Below, piece after piece: positions 63,591 through 64,000 of a stretch of 64,000 nucleotides of DNA. Position 1 is the stretch's first letter. Each line of letters starts with the position of its first letter. The DNA comes from an uncultured Actinomycetes bacterium (GTDB taxonomy: Bacteria > Actinomycetota > Thermoleophilia > Gaiellales > Gaiellaceae), in assembly GCA_963762085.1 (NCBI GenBank), contig CAVXJD010000003.1:64506-128505 (forward strand), read 5' to 3'. The notes below the pieces were generated by a model. That model did no database searches. It saw nothing but the letters and a program-made list of their open reading frames with translations, and was not told where the DNA came from. The translations under genes were made by a program, and so were the position numbers.

Positions 63591-64000
63591 TCAAGCATGC
63601 TCCTCCTCCGCCAGGAAGCGGAGTACGTACACGGCGAAGATCCCGAAGAAGACGATCGCCTCGCTCGCGGCCATGATTACTCCGGCGATCTGCTGGTCAG
63701 TGAGCGGGCCAAGCCCCCATAGCCGTGGAGCCGACTCGTAGAACGAGTAGATAGGACTTGGAAGCAGGGCGAGCAGAAGGCCGACCGGACTGTTCAGCAA
63801 GAACGCGGCGAAGAGATAGGCAGCTTTGGCGCCGTTCGGAAGGTCGTGTGGCCGCGACTGGAACACCGGCCACCAAAGACAGCAGCCGGCCAGGAAGTAC
63901 GTCAGGTGCTCGAGCCGAAGAAGTGGGGGGTTGATGAGGGCGGCCTCGTACGGCCCCGGCACGTGCCACACCGCGTAGGTCAGCACCCAGAGGGGCAACG
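63591..64000 (-). CDS. cytochrome c oxidase assembly factor CtaG-like membrane protein (Caa3_CtaG family), 5' end outside the window
   Basis: Polytopic C-terminal fragment. HVPGPYEAALINPPLLRLEHLTYFLAGCCLWWPV resembles Caa3_CtaG proteins. The ORF is open to the window end. Confidence 0.6.
   Translation of the reverse strand, partial: LPLWVLTYAVWHVPGPYEAALINPPLLRLEHLTYFLAGCCLWWPVFQSRPHDLPNGAKAAYLFAAFLLNSPVGLLLALLPSPIYSFYESAPRLWGLGPLTDQQIAGVIMAASEAIVFFGIFAVYVLRFLAEEEHA

Overview
This is a very GC-rich chromosomal segment (roughly 70% by eye). Its gene content and synteny look like the core genome of a high-GC Gram-positive, Actinobacteria-like organism, which I cannot name. The supporting signs are rph-rdgB, pyrE/pyrF, hup, guaB-guaA, rplM-rpsI-glmM-glmS, acpS-nnr-alr, fabI, ileS, ispH, a LexA-type SOS box, many GTGA/ATGA overlapping gene junctions and probable leaderless starts. 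I can support about 70 protein genes, one tRNA-Pro(UGG), four intrinsic terminators and a few regulatory sites. Most of the long antisense ORFs in the six-frame track are GC artefacts. The most interesting content is selenium biology, which the ORF track splits at in-frame TGA codons. (i) An IclR-linked glycine/sarcosine/betaine-reductase-like operon lies at 58.1-63.6 kb. It encodes selenoprotein B (UGA 61053-61055) and selenoprotein A (UGA 63237-63239), has no grdD, trxB or grdX in the window, and sits in an accessory stretch flanked by tRNA-Pro. (ii) A cysteine-free AhpE-like peroxiredoxin carries Sec at the peroxidatic position (UGA 41471-41473, minus strand) and is translationally coupled to a GCS2/YbdK-type glutamate-cysteine ligase. 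Other notable items are listed here. A family of CTAG-bounded palindromic MITE-like intergenic repeats has two ~170-bp copies and one 61-bp derivative. An encapsulated-ferritin-like gene has no shell gene and no targeting tail. A HAD-IIA gene is frameshifted. An EamA transporter seems to need a CTG start. There is also a bacterial type IB topoisomerase and a 1330-aa multi-GAF histidine kinase.
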